Source: an archaeon
GTDB lineage: Archaea > SpSt-1190 > DYHY01
Length of the DNA stretch: 36,601 bases
Reading direction: 5' to 3'
NCBI GenBank assembly: GCA_037442745.1
Contig: JBBIPP010000012.1
Location: forward strand, 1 to 36,601
The notes below the pieces were generated by a model. The model worked only from the letters and a program-made list of their open reading frames with translations. It made no database searches and was not told the origin of the DNA. Made by a program: the position numbers and the translations under genes. Below are positions 15,774 through 24,868 of the stretch, piece after piece; positions within the stretch are counted from its first letter, which is position 1; the number at the start of each line of letters is the position of its first letter.

Positions 15774-18581
15774 ATGGAAGAAGACTCTCAAATAATGAAC
15801 TCTTGGAAGGGTGAGCGAATTTTCGAATCAGAGCCGGATTCAAGGGAGAAATTCATGATAACTTTCCCCTTTCCGTATGTGAACGGCGCAATGCACATTG
15901 GCCACGGCTACACATTCACCCGCCTTGATGCTGTTGCAAGATACTGGAGGCTCAAAGGAAAAAATGTTCTCTTCCCGTTCGGGTTCCATGCGACAGGAGA
16001 GCCGATTGCCGGGGTTGCGGCGCGCCTAAAGGCAGGGGATGCAAGGCAGAGGAAAATACTGGTTGATTCAGGAGTTCCGGAGGAGGAAATAGGCAACTTT
16101 ACCGAGCCGGTTTTCATTGTAAATTATTGGAAAGGCATTTTCAGGGAGACTCTTGACAATCTCGGGGGCTCAATTGACTGGAGGAGGGCGTTCGTTACGA
16201 CAAAACTGACTCCGACATTTTCCAGATTCGTCGAGTGGCAGTACACGACCCTCAAGCGCCTGGGATATGTTGTCCAGGGGACGCACCCAGTAATCTATTG
16301 CCTGAGATGCCAAAGCCCGACAGGGGACCACGACCGCCTTGACGGGGAGGGCGCAAGCCCGCAGGAGTTCTCAATACTGAAGTTCGCTTTGCCTGATGGG
16401 CGAATCCTCGCTCCAGCAACCCTTCGGCCAGAAACAATTTTCGGGGCAACTTCAATGTTTCTCAATCCTGATGCTGAGTATGTAAATGTCAGCGTCGGAA
16501 AGGAGATCTGGGTTGTTTCAAAGATGGCGGCGGAAAAGCTCTCAAACCAAAGAAAGGATGTCGGGGAAATTTCCGAGACGTTCTTGCCGGTTGGCCTATT
16601 CGGAAAGATGTGCAAATCCCTTGCAACGGGAAAGCAAGTCACAATTCTCCCGGCGAAATTCGTAAGGGGCAACCACGCTACGGGGGTTGTAATGAGCGTC
16701 CCATCCCACGCGCCCTTCGACTGGGTTGTGGAAAAAGACATTCTTTCAAATCCAGACAATCTGGAAAAATACGGAATAACGAAAGAGCTCCTTGAAAAGA
16801 GCCTAGTTCCTGTCGCAGTGATAGCAGTCGGGGGCTATCCGGAGCACCCGTCAGAATTTCTTGTCGGAAAATACAAAATAGCCAGCCAGGCAGACGAGGA
16901 TCTTCTCCAAAAGGCAACGGAGGAGATTTACAAAAAAGAGCACCATTCCGGGAAAATGCTTCCCGTTTCAGGAAAATACTCAGGAATGCCCGTTGAAAAG
17001 GCGAAGGCTTCCCTCAAGGCAGATTTCTCAAGGGAAGGGGTGTTGGAATCAATCTGGGAATCGGACGAGCCGGTCGTCTGCAGGTGCGGAAACCCCTGTA
17101 TTGTCAAGATTCTTGAGAACCAGTGGTTCCTGAAATTCTCAGACGAAAAGTGGAAGGCCGACGTGAAGAAGGCCATTTCAAAAATGAAATTCTATCCGGA
17201 ATCTTATAGGACCCAGTTCGAAAACACTGTCGACTGGCTGAAAGACAAGGCTTGCGCAAGGAGATCTGGCCTTGGAACACCCCTTCCATGGGACACTGCT
17301 TGGATTGTGGAGACGCTCTCTGATTCAGTCATTTACATGGCATATTACACAATTTCCCACATAATAAAGGAGGAGAAAATTTCCCCGGAAGATTTGACGG
17401 ACGGGATTCTAGACTATGTTTTCAGGGGAGTCGAGCGACCGGCATCCGCTCCCGATTGGGCTGACAGGATGAAAGCGAGCTTTGAATACTGGTATCCGGT
17501 TGACCTAAGAGGGAGCGGAAAGGATCTTGTCCAGAACCACCTGACTTTCTACATCTTCCATCACGTAGCGCTTTTTCCCGAAAAGGCCTGGCCCATTGCA
17601 ATAACCACCAACGGCTATGTGAATGTTGAGGGGGAGAAGATGTCCAAATCCAAGGGGAATTTCGTGACCCTCCGCGACGCTCTTGAAAAATACGGGGCAG
17701 ATGCCGTGCGGTTCTCCCTTGTCTATGCAGCGGAAGAGGCGAACGACCCTGACTGGAGACGTTCGGACGCCGAGAGCTTCAGGCAGAAAATAGATTCCTT
17801 GGTAGCTTCCTCAGGGGAACATTTTCCGGAAGGGAAAAAGGACGCGCATCTTGACTCTTGGCTTGAGGGCAGGCTTGCCCTTAACCTGAAGAAAGCAGAG
17901 GCCGCATATTCGGAGGTAAAGACAAGGACAGCAATACAGGCGGCGTTCTTCGATTCCCTCTCCGACATGAAATGGTACCAAAAGAGAGGGGGGAGGAACC
18001 CGGACACTTTCAGGAAATTCTACCGGACAATCGCGCTCTCAATGTCTCCAGTAATACCGTTCGCATCCGAGAAAATCTGGAAGAACCTCGGGGAATCCGG
18101 TTTTGCCGCAACATCCGTTTGGCCTTCCCTCAAAGAAACGGAAGGAAAAGTACTCTTTGGGGAGACTCTCATAGCGCGGACACTTTCCGACTGCAGGGAA
18201 ATTGCGAAAATCTACAAGAAGGATTTCAGGAGAATAATTCTCTTCGTCGCCCCGGACTGGAAGGCAACCATCGGAAACCTTGTGAGAGGCAACCCTTCAA
18301 TGAGGTTGGATGAATTAATGAAGCTTTCCTTGGAAACTCTTGGGAAAGAGAATGCTCAGGAGATTTCGGCATTTGTCCAAAAGATCGTGCAGGACCCATC
18401 AAAAATTCCGGAAGACTCCGGGCTCTCCTCAGCTGACGAATTGGAAATACTCTCAAAAGCGTCAGCATTCCTTTCATCCGAACTGTCCGGAAAGGAGGTT
18501 TCAGTCGAGCTCGCGGAGGTCTCGAACAATCCAAAGGCGAAGCAGGCTCTTTCGGGCAAACCGGCAATACTCTTCGAGTAA
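15774..18581 (+). CDS. leuS: leucine--tRNA ligase (archaeal/eukaryal type)
   Basis: FPFPYVNGAMHIGH, TLRPETIFG, GKDLVQNHL, KMSKSKGN, C-terminal GKPAILFE. Confidence 0.98.
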   Translation: MEEDSQIMNSWKGERIFESEPDSREKFMITFPFPYVNGAMHIGHGYTFTRLDAVARYWRLKGKNVLFPFGFHATGEPIAGVAARLKAGDARQRKILVDSGVPEEEIGNFTEPVFIVNYWKGIFRETLDNLGGSIDWRRAFVTTKLTPTFSRFVEWQYTTLKRLGYVVQGTHPVIYCLRCQSPTGDHDRLDGEGASPQEFSILKFALPDGRILAPATLRPETIFGATSMFLNPDAEYVNVSVGKEIWVVSKMAAEKLSNQRKDVGEISETFLPVGLFGKMCKSLATGKQVTILPAKFVRGNHATGVVMSVPSHAPFDWVVEKDILSNPDNLEKYGITKELLEKSLVPVAVIAVGGYPEHPSEFLVGKYKIASQADEDLLQKATEEIYKKEHHSGKMLPVSGKYSGMPVEKAKASLKADFSREGVLESIWESDEPVVCRCGNPCIVKILENQWFLKFSDEKWKADVKKAISKMKFYPESYRTQFENTVDWLKDKACARRSGLGTPLPWDTAWIVETLSDSVIYMAYYTISHIIKEEKISPEDLTDGILDYVFRGVERPASAPDWADRMKASFEYWYPVDLRGSGKDLVQNHLTFYIFHHVALFPEKAWPIAITTNGYVNVEGEKMSKSKGNFVTLRDALEKYGADAVRFSLVYAAEEANDPDWRRSDAESFRQKIDSLVASSGEHFPEGKKDAHLDSWLEGRLALNLKKAEAAYSEVKTRTAIQAAFFDSLSDMKWYQKRGGRNPDTFRKFYRTIALSMSPVIPFASEKIWKNLGESGFAATSVWPSLKETEGKVLFGETLIARTLSDCREIAKIYKKDFRRIILFVAPDWKATIGNLVRGNPSMRLDELMKLSLETLGKENAQEISAFVQKIVQDPSKIPEDSGLSSADELEILSKASAFLSSELSGKEVSVELAEVSNNPKAKQALSGKPAILFE

Positions 18582-18693
18582 CTGAAACCCGGACGCGGTC
18601 TTGGAAGAAAGGGCGAGAAACAATTGCCAAAGAAAGAATCCCATTTCCAGATTCTAGGAAACCCTTTTATAGAGGCATTCAACTATTTCGGGA

Positions 18694-19047
18694 ATGGTCA
18701 ATACCCAAAGTCCGTCCGAAGGAAAATTCAAACTACAGCCATTGAAGGAGAAGGCGAACGATGTGATAGAAGCCGGGCTTTCAAGGTATTCCGAGGAAAA
18801 AATGGCCTTTTTTCAGACAACTGTTCTAGACAAGAGCCAGTCAATTGACTGGATTCTAGAATCCTTCCGCGAGGGAAACAGAATTGTTCTGGTAGATATC
18901 CGGCCTCTTCGGTCCAAGAAGAACGACGAATTGAAGCGCGCAGTAGACCGCCTCAAGCTTCAGGTGGAAAAGACCGGTTCAATAATGCAATTGGACGACA
19001 ACTGGGTAATGCTTCTCCCGAATTCAATAAAAATCTCAAGGGCGTAG
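18694..19047 (+). CDS. sepF: cell division protein SepF (archaeal)
   Basis: FREGNRIVLVDIRPLRSKKNDELKRAVDRLK...LLPNSIKISR. Confidence 0.8.
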   Translation: MVNTQSPSEGKFKLQPLKEKANDVIEAGLSRYSEEKMAFFQTTVLDKSQSIDWILESFREGNRIVLVDIRPLRSKKNDELKRAVDRLKLQVEKTGSIMQLDDNWVMLLPNSIKISRA

Positions 19048-19087
19048 ATGCCCAAGAAAATGTCTGCAGGTTTTCCCGCCGAACAAC

Positions 19088-19957
19088 TCAGCGCCTTTTC
19101 TTGTGCGCATTGTTTATTTCATCGTCGTATCCAGATTTTCCCCTGAAGAAAAGGAAATAAACACTTGCTCCGAGTATGACAAGGCCAAGGAGTATTCCGA
19201 GAACGAGCGCGTTTGAGATTCCAGAACCGCTATTAACCGATATTTCGGGCCGGCCGGAGACATTCGTTGCCGAACTCCCCTGCCGGGGTTTCTCTTCCGG
19301 GATTGTTTCGCACAATTTGCTCTGGGCGCAGTAGAGGCCCACGCAGCAGACCGACCCTTCGCAGCTTGCCCCTTCCGCAGAGCAGGCTCTCGGGGCTCCG
19401 AACGAATAGCTGAAAGTGAATCTCTTCTCGCCAACTTTTGTCTCGCTCCCTTGGGCGGTTATTGCGCATTTGGGGTATTCCGGAAGAACGAGCCAGTTGA
19501 TGTTATCGGCCGATACAACAATTTCTCTACCCTCCTGGCTCGGCTTGAAATATGCCACAGTAGTGAAAGTCGCCGACTCTCCAGGAGCCAAAGGATATGA
19601 ATTGCAAGAACCAAATTTGACGCTTGAGCTAGCTGGCTCAAGTGAATAGTCGCCCAACTGGACCTTGGAACCGTCCGAATAGGAGAAAAACGGAACAACA
19701 TAATTTGTCCTGGAAGAAATACCTATTGTAGAACTGCTTGCAATATTGAGTATGTCAATTCTTATTTCAATTTTCCCATCACCAACGTTCCTTGTGTTGA
19801 CCTGCACCGAATAGGGCTTTCCCGCTTTGCAGTTAGCGTCTGTCGGGTCTGGATAATACCCTGAGGGGCATGCGGAAAAGCCTATTCCGGAAAGCAGTAC
19901 GGCTGCTAGGAGAACTGACAGAATTACACAGGAAAAATGCTCTTTTTTGGCACCCAT
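19088..19957 (-). CDS. membrane-anchored surface protein with Ig-like region and cystine-knot-like motif
   Basis: signal peptide, beta-rich body, C-x6-C-x4-CC-x4-C-x5-C, C-terminal TM with basic tail. Confidence 0.8.
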   Translation of the reverse strand: MGAKKEHFSCVILSVLLAAVLLSGIGFSACPSGYYPDPTDANCKAGKPYSVQVNTRNVGDGKIEIRIDILNIASSSTIGISSRTNYVVPFFSYSDGSKVQLGDYSLEPASSSVKFGSCNSYPLAPGESATFTTVAYFKPSQEGREIVVSADNINWLVLPEYPKCAITAQGSETKVGEKRFTFSYSFGAPRACSAEGASCEGSVCCVGLYCAQSKLCETIPEEKPRQGSSATNVSGRPEISVNSGSGISNALVLGILLGLVILGASVYFLFFRGKSGYDDEINNAHKKRR

Positions 19958-20058
19958 TTCTGAGGGAAATGCGGCTGCGCCCGTTTATTTACTTTTTGCA
20001 AGGGCATGTATTATATTGAACTCCCTTCCTCCCAAGGAAAATGAGGTGATTGACTGAA

Positions 20059-20154
20059 ATGAGAGGATGCTGTGAATGCGAACCGGAAGAGATGGCAAAG
20101 CCGAAGGCAAAGCCGAAGGCAAAGCCGAAGGCAAAGCCGAAGAAGAAAAAATGA
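20059..20154 (+). CDS. 31-aa peptide MRGCCECEPEEM(AKPK)4KKK
   Basis: SD GAGGTGA at 20043-20049, ATG 20059, TGA 20152-20154; the repeat unit is in frame. Confidence 0.65.
   Translation: MRGCCECEPEEMAKPKAKPKAKPKAKPKKKK
20095..20142 (+). repeat. perfect 12-bp tandem repeat x4 (GCAAAGCCGAAG)
   Basis: read directly from the sequence; encodes AKPK x4. Confidence 0.95.
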
Positions 20155-20201
20155 TTTCTTCCGTCTGGATATTTCCCCCCGGTTCCATGCCGGCCGAAAC
20201 C

Positions 20202-20244
20202 TATATAAACACTAGTGTTTATTTTTTTCACTAGTGAATAAAAT
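20202..20244 (+). promoter_or_regulatory. trxA promoter with tandem CACTAGTG-core palindromes
   Basis: TATATAAA 20202-20209; perfect palindrome ATAAACACTAGTGTTTAT 20205-20222; second palindrome 20221-20244 (TTCACTAGTGAA core, one mismatch). Confidence 0.75.
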
Positions 20245-20271
20245 ATTCACAACCAAAGGAGAGAAAGAAAA

Positions 20272-20601
20272 ATGGCTGTAAAACACGTTACGGATGAGGA
20301 TTTCGAGAAGGAAGTTTTGAAGAGCGAAGTCCCAGTTATTGTGGATTTCTGGGCTGAGTGGTGCGGGCCCTGCAAGATGATGGGGCCTGTGTTTGAAAAG
20401 CTCTCAGGGGACTTTCCGGGAAAGCTCAAATTTGCCAAATTGGACACTGACGAGAATCAGGCGACCGCCGCAAAATACGGGATAATGAGCATACCGACAC
20501 TCCTTGTATTCAAGGACGGAAGGCCCCATTCTAAGCTGGTCGGCTTCCGGCCAGAGGCTGCGTTCAAAAAGGACTTGGAAGCCTTGGTATCCGAGCTCTA
20601 G
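20272..20601 (+). CDS. trxA: thioredoxin
   Basis: VDFWAEWCGPCK, GIMSIPT. Confidence 0.97.
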   Translation: MAVKHVTDEDFEKEVLKSEVPVIVDFWAEWCGPCKMMGPVFEKLSGDFPGKLKFAKLDTDENQATAAKYGIMSIPTLLVFKDGRPHSKLVGFRPEAAFKKDLEALVSEL

Positions 20602-20613
20602 GGCCTGATAAAA

Positions 20614-22101
20614 ATGGCATCAGAATTCTTTTCCAAAATTTCAGACGGAACCGGAGAATTCTTCGTCCTCGGCGGGAACGGCATCTGGAGGAAATCCTCC
20701 TCCGGGCGGACTGTCGAGATATTCTCCCCCTCAACAGGCGAGCCTCTTGGAAAAATACAGTCAATGGCTCCTGAGGAAATAACCCAAACTCTGCTTGAAG
20801 CGAGAAATGCGCAAAAGGCTTGGGGCGCCCTTCCGGCATACGAGCGTTCCGAGATTATCAGCAAAGCCGCCTCCCTGATAAGGGAGAACGAACCTCTGCT
20901 CTCGGAAATCCTCGTGAAAGAGATTGCCAAGCCAGTCTCCCTTGCAAAAGATGAGGTTCTCAGGACAGCCGAGTTTTTGGAATATACTGCTGAGGAAGGG
21001 AAACGGATTCAGGGAAAGATTTCATATGGAGATTCCCTTCCCGGAGGAAAGAAGGAGAAGATGTCCCTAGTCGAGAGAGTCCCCTTGGGGGTTGTTGTAG
21101 CAATATCCCCGTTCAACTATCCAATAAACCTTGCAGCATCAAAGATAGGCCCAGCCCTTGTTTCCGGAAATTCAGTTGTCTTCAAGCCAGCGACTCAAGG
21201 GGCGATTTCAGGAATCCATCTTGCAGAAATTTTCAGGCAGGCCGGGGTTCCCAAAGGGGTTTTCTCGGCAGTAACAGGGCGCGGATCTGAAATAGGAGAC
21301 CTTCTTGTGACAGACAGAAACGTCTCCGCAGTCTATTTCACTGGAGGGACGAAGACCGGCCTTGCGCTCGCCAAGACAGTTGGAATGGTTCCCTTGCTCC
21401 TTGAGCTGGGGGGGAAGGATGCCGCAATTGTTCTTCCCGACGCGAAAATAGAGGAGACTGCAAAGGCAATAGTTTCAGGAGCGTTTTCGTATTCCGGCCA
21501 GAGGTGCACTGCCGTAAAGAGGGTGCTTATTTTGGAAGGAGATGAAACAGGAGAGAAAATAGTCCGGCGCGTCCTCGAACTTGTCTCGAAGCTTAAAATC
21601 GGCTCTCCTGAAGGGGATTCCGACATCACTCCACTGATAGACGGAGTTTCAGCCAATTATGTCTGGGAACTGATTGAGGAGGCCCGGTCAATGGGGGCTG
21701 TTCCATTGACTGAATTGAAAAGGGACGGCTCCCTAATTCATCCGGCAGTATTCGACAGGGTTCCTCTGTCTTCCCGGCTTGCCTGGGAGGAGCCATTCGG
21801 TCCGGTCCTTCCGATAATACGGGTAAAATCAGTGAAAGATGCGGTTGAAATCTCGAACAAGTCGGAGTACGGCCTCCAGGCATCTGTATTTACGGAGAAT
21901 ATTGATCTGGCTCTTGAAATAGCAAAGTCCCTCGATGTCGGAACTGTCCAAATAAACGGCAAACCTTCGCGGGGGCCGGACAATTTCCCGTTCGTAGGAG
22001 CCAAGTCGTCCGGAATCGGCACCCAAGGGATACGCTACAGCATCGAGAACCTGACGCGCGCTAAATCAACAGTTCTCAATCTCTCGAGGGGGAATTTTTA
22101 G
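20614..22101 (+). CDS. gapN: NADP-dependent non-phosphorylating glyceraldehyde-3-phosphate dehydrogenase (ALDH family)
   Basis: SPFNYPINLAASKIGPAL, FKPATQG, LELGGKDAAIV, GAFSYSGQRCTAVKR, EEPFGPVLP, RGPDNFPF. Confidence 0.9.
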   Translation: MASEFFSKISDGTGEFFVLGGNGIWRKSSSGRTVEIFSPSTGEPLGKIQSMAPEEITQTLLEARNAQKAWGALPAYERSEIISKAASLIRENEPLLSEILVKEIAKPVSLAKDEVLRTAEFLEYTAEEGKRIQGKISYGDSLPGGKKEKMSLVERVPLGVVVAISPFNYPINLAASKIGPALVSGNSVVFKPATQGAISGIHLAEIFRQAGVPKGVFSAVTGRGSEIGDLLVTDRNVSAVYFTGGTKTGLALAKTVGMVPLLLELGGKDAAIVLPDAKIEETAKAIVSGAFSYSGQRCTAVKRVLILEGDETGEKIVRRVLELVSKLKIGSPEGDSDITPLIDGVSANYVWELIEEARSMGAVPLTELKRDGSLIHPAVFDRVPLSSRLAWEEPFGPVLPIIRVKSVKDAVEISNKSEYGLQASVFTENIDLALEIAKSLDVGTVQINGKPSRGPDNFPFVGAKSSGIGTQGIRYSIENLTRAKSTVLNLSRGNF

Positions 22102-22449
22102 GTGATTGACTTTTCCTGCAGGGAGAGGAACGTCGAGGAGATAATAAGGTGCAGTTTCGCCCTCTCAAAGACTGAATACAAAATACTCTCAATTCTCGCC
22201 TCCAATCCGAAAAAGAGTTTCGTTGCGTCAGAGCTCGCCCTCAAAATGTCCCTCGAAAGAACCGGGGCGCAAAAGGCTTTAAAAAGCCTCCTTGGAAAGG
22301 GGCTATGCCTCCGGAAAAAATGCAATCTTCCGGATGGAGGATACACTTTCTGCTATTCCGTTTCCAATCCGGAAAAAATCCGTGCAATGGCGAAAAAATC
22401 CGTTTCTGATTGGTCCAGAAAGGCTTTCAGGGAAATCTCTTCCTGGTAA
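22102..22449 (+). CDS. TrmB-like HTH transcriptional regulator with N-terminal cysteines
   Basis: MIDFSC...IIRCSFALSKTEYKIL...ASELA...ERTGAQKALKSLLGKGL...GGYTFCY; abuts the gapN stop. Confidence 0.8.
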   Translation: MIDFSCRERNVEEIIRCSFALSKTEYKILSILASNPKKSFVASELALKMSLERTGAQKALKSLLGKGLCLRKKCNLPDGGYTFCYSVSNPEKIRAMAKKSVSDWSRKAFREISSW

Positions 22450-23407
22450 TTGCTTGTTTTCCCGGGAGATTGTAGCCAACCTCTTTCTTGTCGCAAAGGG
22501 CCATGGTTGCCTTGACATCCAGTTCCCTCTCCTCTCTTATGTAGACGCCATCAGAAAGTGGGTTGAATGCATATATTCTTTCAATTAGCCGTCCTTCCTC
22601 ATCGAAGAAAATCCTCTTCTCAACACCGTTCGGGCCATATTTTGCGAACCTCCCTCCCCTTCCTCCTTGAGCGGTTGTTTGGGAGAGCATCATTACCGGA
22701 CACTCGGAATCAATAGCGTTCCTGACTGATTGAGGGTATGCTCTCTTGCCTTCTCTTTCCCATTTCTCCGGATTGAGCGCCCTCTCAATTAGCGCCCTGT
22801 CATACCTGTGCCTCTCATCCAATGGAATTGTTGCAGTCAACGCATAGGAAAGCGCCCCGTCCGTTCTCATTCCCCCGTCAACCCTGACTATTTTCTTCTC
22901 AATTTCGCCGTTCCCGCCAATGAGCTCGACAATTGAGACGCCAGTTGTCTCTCCCGAACCGTTCAGATAGAAATCGTATAGGCTGGGTCTTGAGTCAACT
23001 CCCGGGTAGCTTCTGTTAGTTTCATTCACAAGGGAGCCGATTGTGTTGTTTAGCCTTACCTGGAAAGCAACAATTTCATTGCCCTTTACTGCGACCGCCC
23101 CATCGAGCTTTGTGCTTATTTCCTGCAAATTTCTGGCAAGCGTTCCTACTGAGCCGAACGGGACAGTGCACTCAACTTCTGAATAGACTCCCCGCAGACC
23201 CAAAGAATCGTCCTTGGTTGTATCCCCTATTGCAGGTATTACAATTACCCCGTGAAGTTTGTGGTTCTCCTGCCCCCCCTCGCTATTTCGGGCGGACAAA
23301 TAGTCTTCAATAAGCGTGCTGACAAGGGCTACCTCAACCAGTCGGAAGTCAGTCGAGTTTATAACATTCTTTTCATGGAAGCCCCAGTAAGAACGCGGCC
23401 TTGCCAT
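22427..23407 (-). CDS. divergent diadenylate cyclase (DisA_N/DAC)-like protein
   Basis: LQEISTKLDGAVAVKGNEIVAFQVRL (DGA motif), GGMRTDGALSYA (in place of GxRHRAA), VMMLSQT...GRFAKYGPNG. Confidence 0.6.
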   Translation of the reverse strand: MARPRSYWGFHEKNVINSTDFRLVEVALVSTLIEDYLSARNSEGGQENHKLHGVIVIPAIGDTTKDDSLGLRGVYSEVECTVPFGSVGTLARNLQEISTKLDGAVAVKGNEIVAFQVRLNNTIGSLVNETNRSYPGVDSRPSLYDFYLNGSGETTGVSIVELIGGNGEIEKKIVRVDGGMRTDGALSYALTATIPLDERHRYDRALIERALNPEKWEREGKRAYPQSVRNAIDSECPVMMLSQTTAQGGRGGRFAKYGPNGVEKRIFFDEEGRLIERIYAFNPLSDGVYIREERELDVKATMALCDKKEVGYNLPGKQAITRKRFP

Positions 23408-23517
23408 TATCCGATTTTCTTGTTTTTACCATTTTAAAATGCTTTTCTTTTTCCCGAAAAATAGGTACACTATTGAGACCGGAAAACTATTTAAGCGAAC
23501 TTTCGCTCACCAACTTT

Positions 23518-23742
23518 ATGGGAACAAAGGCCGAACTGATTCTGGCAGTCTTGATCGGGACTCTGATATTGGTATCTGTCGCGCAAACAGTCCAATTGGT
23601 TGACCTGTCAATAAGGGCAACTTCCGGCTCAATAACAATAAAGCCAACAGGATACCTTGCCGAGAGAAAATCCTCCTCAAGCTATTCCGCTCCCTCCCCT
23701 TCCCTGGCAGGCGGGGCAGTTGCAGGTCCGGGGTGTGGATAA
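23518..23742 (+). CDS. small membrane-anchored protein with Ser-rich linker and C-terminal GPGCG
   Basis: BRE/TATA-like ggaaaactatttaa upstream; N-terminal TM; ends 1 nt before the next ATG. Confidence 0.7.
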   Translation: MGTKAELILAVLIGTLILVSVAQTVQLVDLSIRATSGSITIKPTGYLAERKSSSSYSAPSPSLAGGAVAGPGCG

Positions 23743-23743
23743 A

Positions 23744-24853
23744 ATGTCAAAGAAAGCAATTTTTTTCCTCCTAGGAGTTCTTGCGGCAGTTGTTCTTGTG
23801 AACTCCGCCCTCTCCGTCTATTCCCTGTCTACAATTGATTCTAGGATTGCGGTAGCAGTTGAGGAGAAGATGCCTGCATCAGTCGAGCTGACTCTTTTCC
23901 TTCCCCAAAACTGCCCTGAATGCGCAGGCCTTGAAGGCTTCCTGACAGCCATAAGTTCGGACAAATCGCTAATAAATGTCACGAAAACCAGCAAAGTATA
24001 TCTTGGATCAGCCCAGGCGGCGGGCCTCCCGAGCGTTACGAGGCTTCCGGCAATTGTGGCATCCGGGCAAGTTGCCAAATCCCAAAAAGTTTCCGCCTTC
24101 TTCTCAAGCCTTGGATTCTCGACTGGCGAGAGCCAAATTGTCCTTGAGACGCCCCTTGCGCCCTTCTTCGACACTGCTTCCGGAAAAGCCCTCGGACTCG
24201 TTGACGCAACGGCAATACTCGCCCCTACTGACTGCACAACCTGCGTTTCTGGACAAAAAATGATCTCAGACCTTGAATTAGCCGGAATGTATTTTTCCTC
24301 GAAATCCTCCCTCACCTATGAGAGCGCGGAAGGTCAGGAGCTGATTGCAAGGAACGAGATAAAAGTCCTCCCTGCAGTCGTTCTCTCGGAAGACGCAGGA
24401 TACTATTCAAAGACACTCTCGGATATCCTCTCCCAGAAGAATTCCGAGGGCAAATATGTGATTGAGGCAACCCAGCCAATCTATTATGACATTGCGCTGA
24501 AAAGGAGAAGAGGAGAGGTTTCAATAACGTTCCTCAACGACTCGTCCTGCTCTAATTGTTCGGACGTCACGTACAACTTGGCAATTCTTGCCGGATACGG
24601 GCTTGTCCCGCAGAACCAGACAGTTCTTGACATATCTTCTGACGGAGGCAAAGCGCTTGTCGCGAAATACAACATAACCAAGGTGCCGACCTTCGTCCTT
24701 GAAGGGGACGGAACATTGTATGTCAGCCTAATCAGTGTTTGGCCATCTGTAGGAACTTTTGAGACTGACGGAAAAATGGTTTTCAGGAGCCCTGATATTA
24801 TGGGTCCTTATGTTGACCTTGCAACCGGAAGCGTTGTTTTCCCGGAAGCCTGA
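23744..24853 (+). CDS. exported protein with three CxxC thioredoxin-like repeats
   Basis: N-terminal anchor; CPEC/VTRLP, CTTC/IKVLP and CSNC/ITKVP pairs (CxxC plus cis-Pro-like loop); start ATG 23744. Confidence 0.8.
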   Translation: MSKKAIFFLLGVLAAVVLVNSALSVYSLSTIDSRIAVAVEEKMPASVELTLFLPQNCPECAGLEGFLTAISSDKSLINVTKTSKVYLGSAQAAGLPSVTRLPAIVASGQVAKSQKVSAFFSSLGFSTGESQIVLETPLAPFFDTASGKALGLVDATAILAPTDCTTCVSGQKMISDLELAGMYFSSKSSLTYESAEGQELIARNEIKVLPAVVLSEDAGYYSKTLSDILSQKNSEGKYVIEATQPIYYDIALKRRRGEVSITFLNDSSCSNCSDVTYNLAILAGYGLVPQNQTVLDISSDGGKALVAKYNITKVPTFVLEGDGTLYVSLISVWPSVGTFETDGKMVFRSPDIMGPYVDLATGSVVFPEA

Positions 24854-24868
24854 TTCGAGAATAGTAAA

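Noticed and set aside
20095-20142. CRISPR-like array
   Set aside because: Contiguous 12-bp units with no spacers and no cas genes; it is a coding repeat
19985-20231. Minus-strand ORFs with (SALP)n and (FGFA)n repeats
   Set aside because: Antisense readings of the AKPK repeat; the plus-strand ORF has the SD
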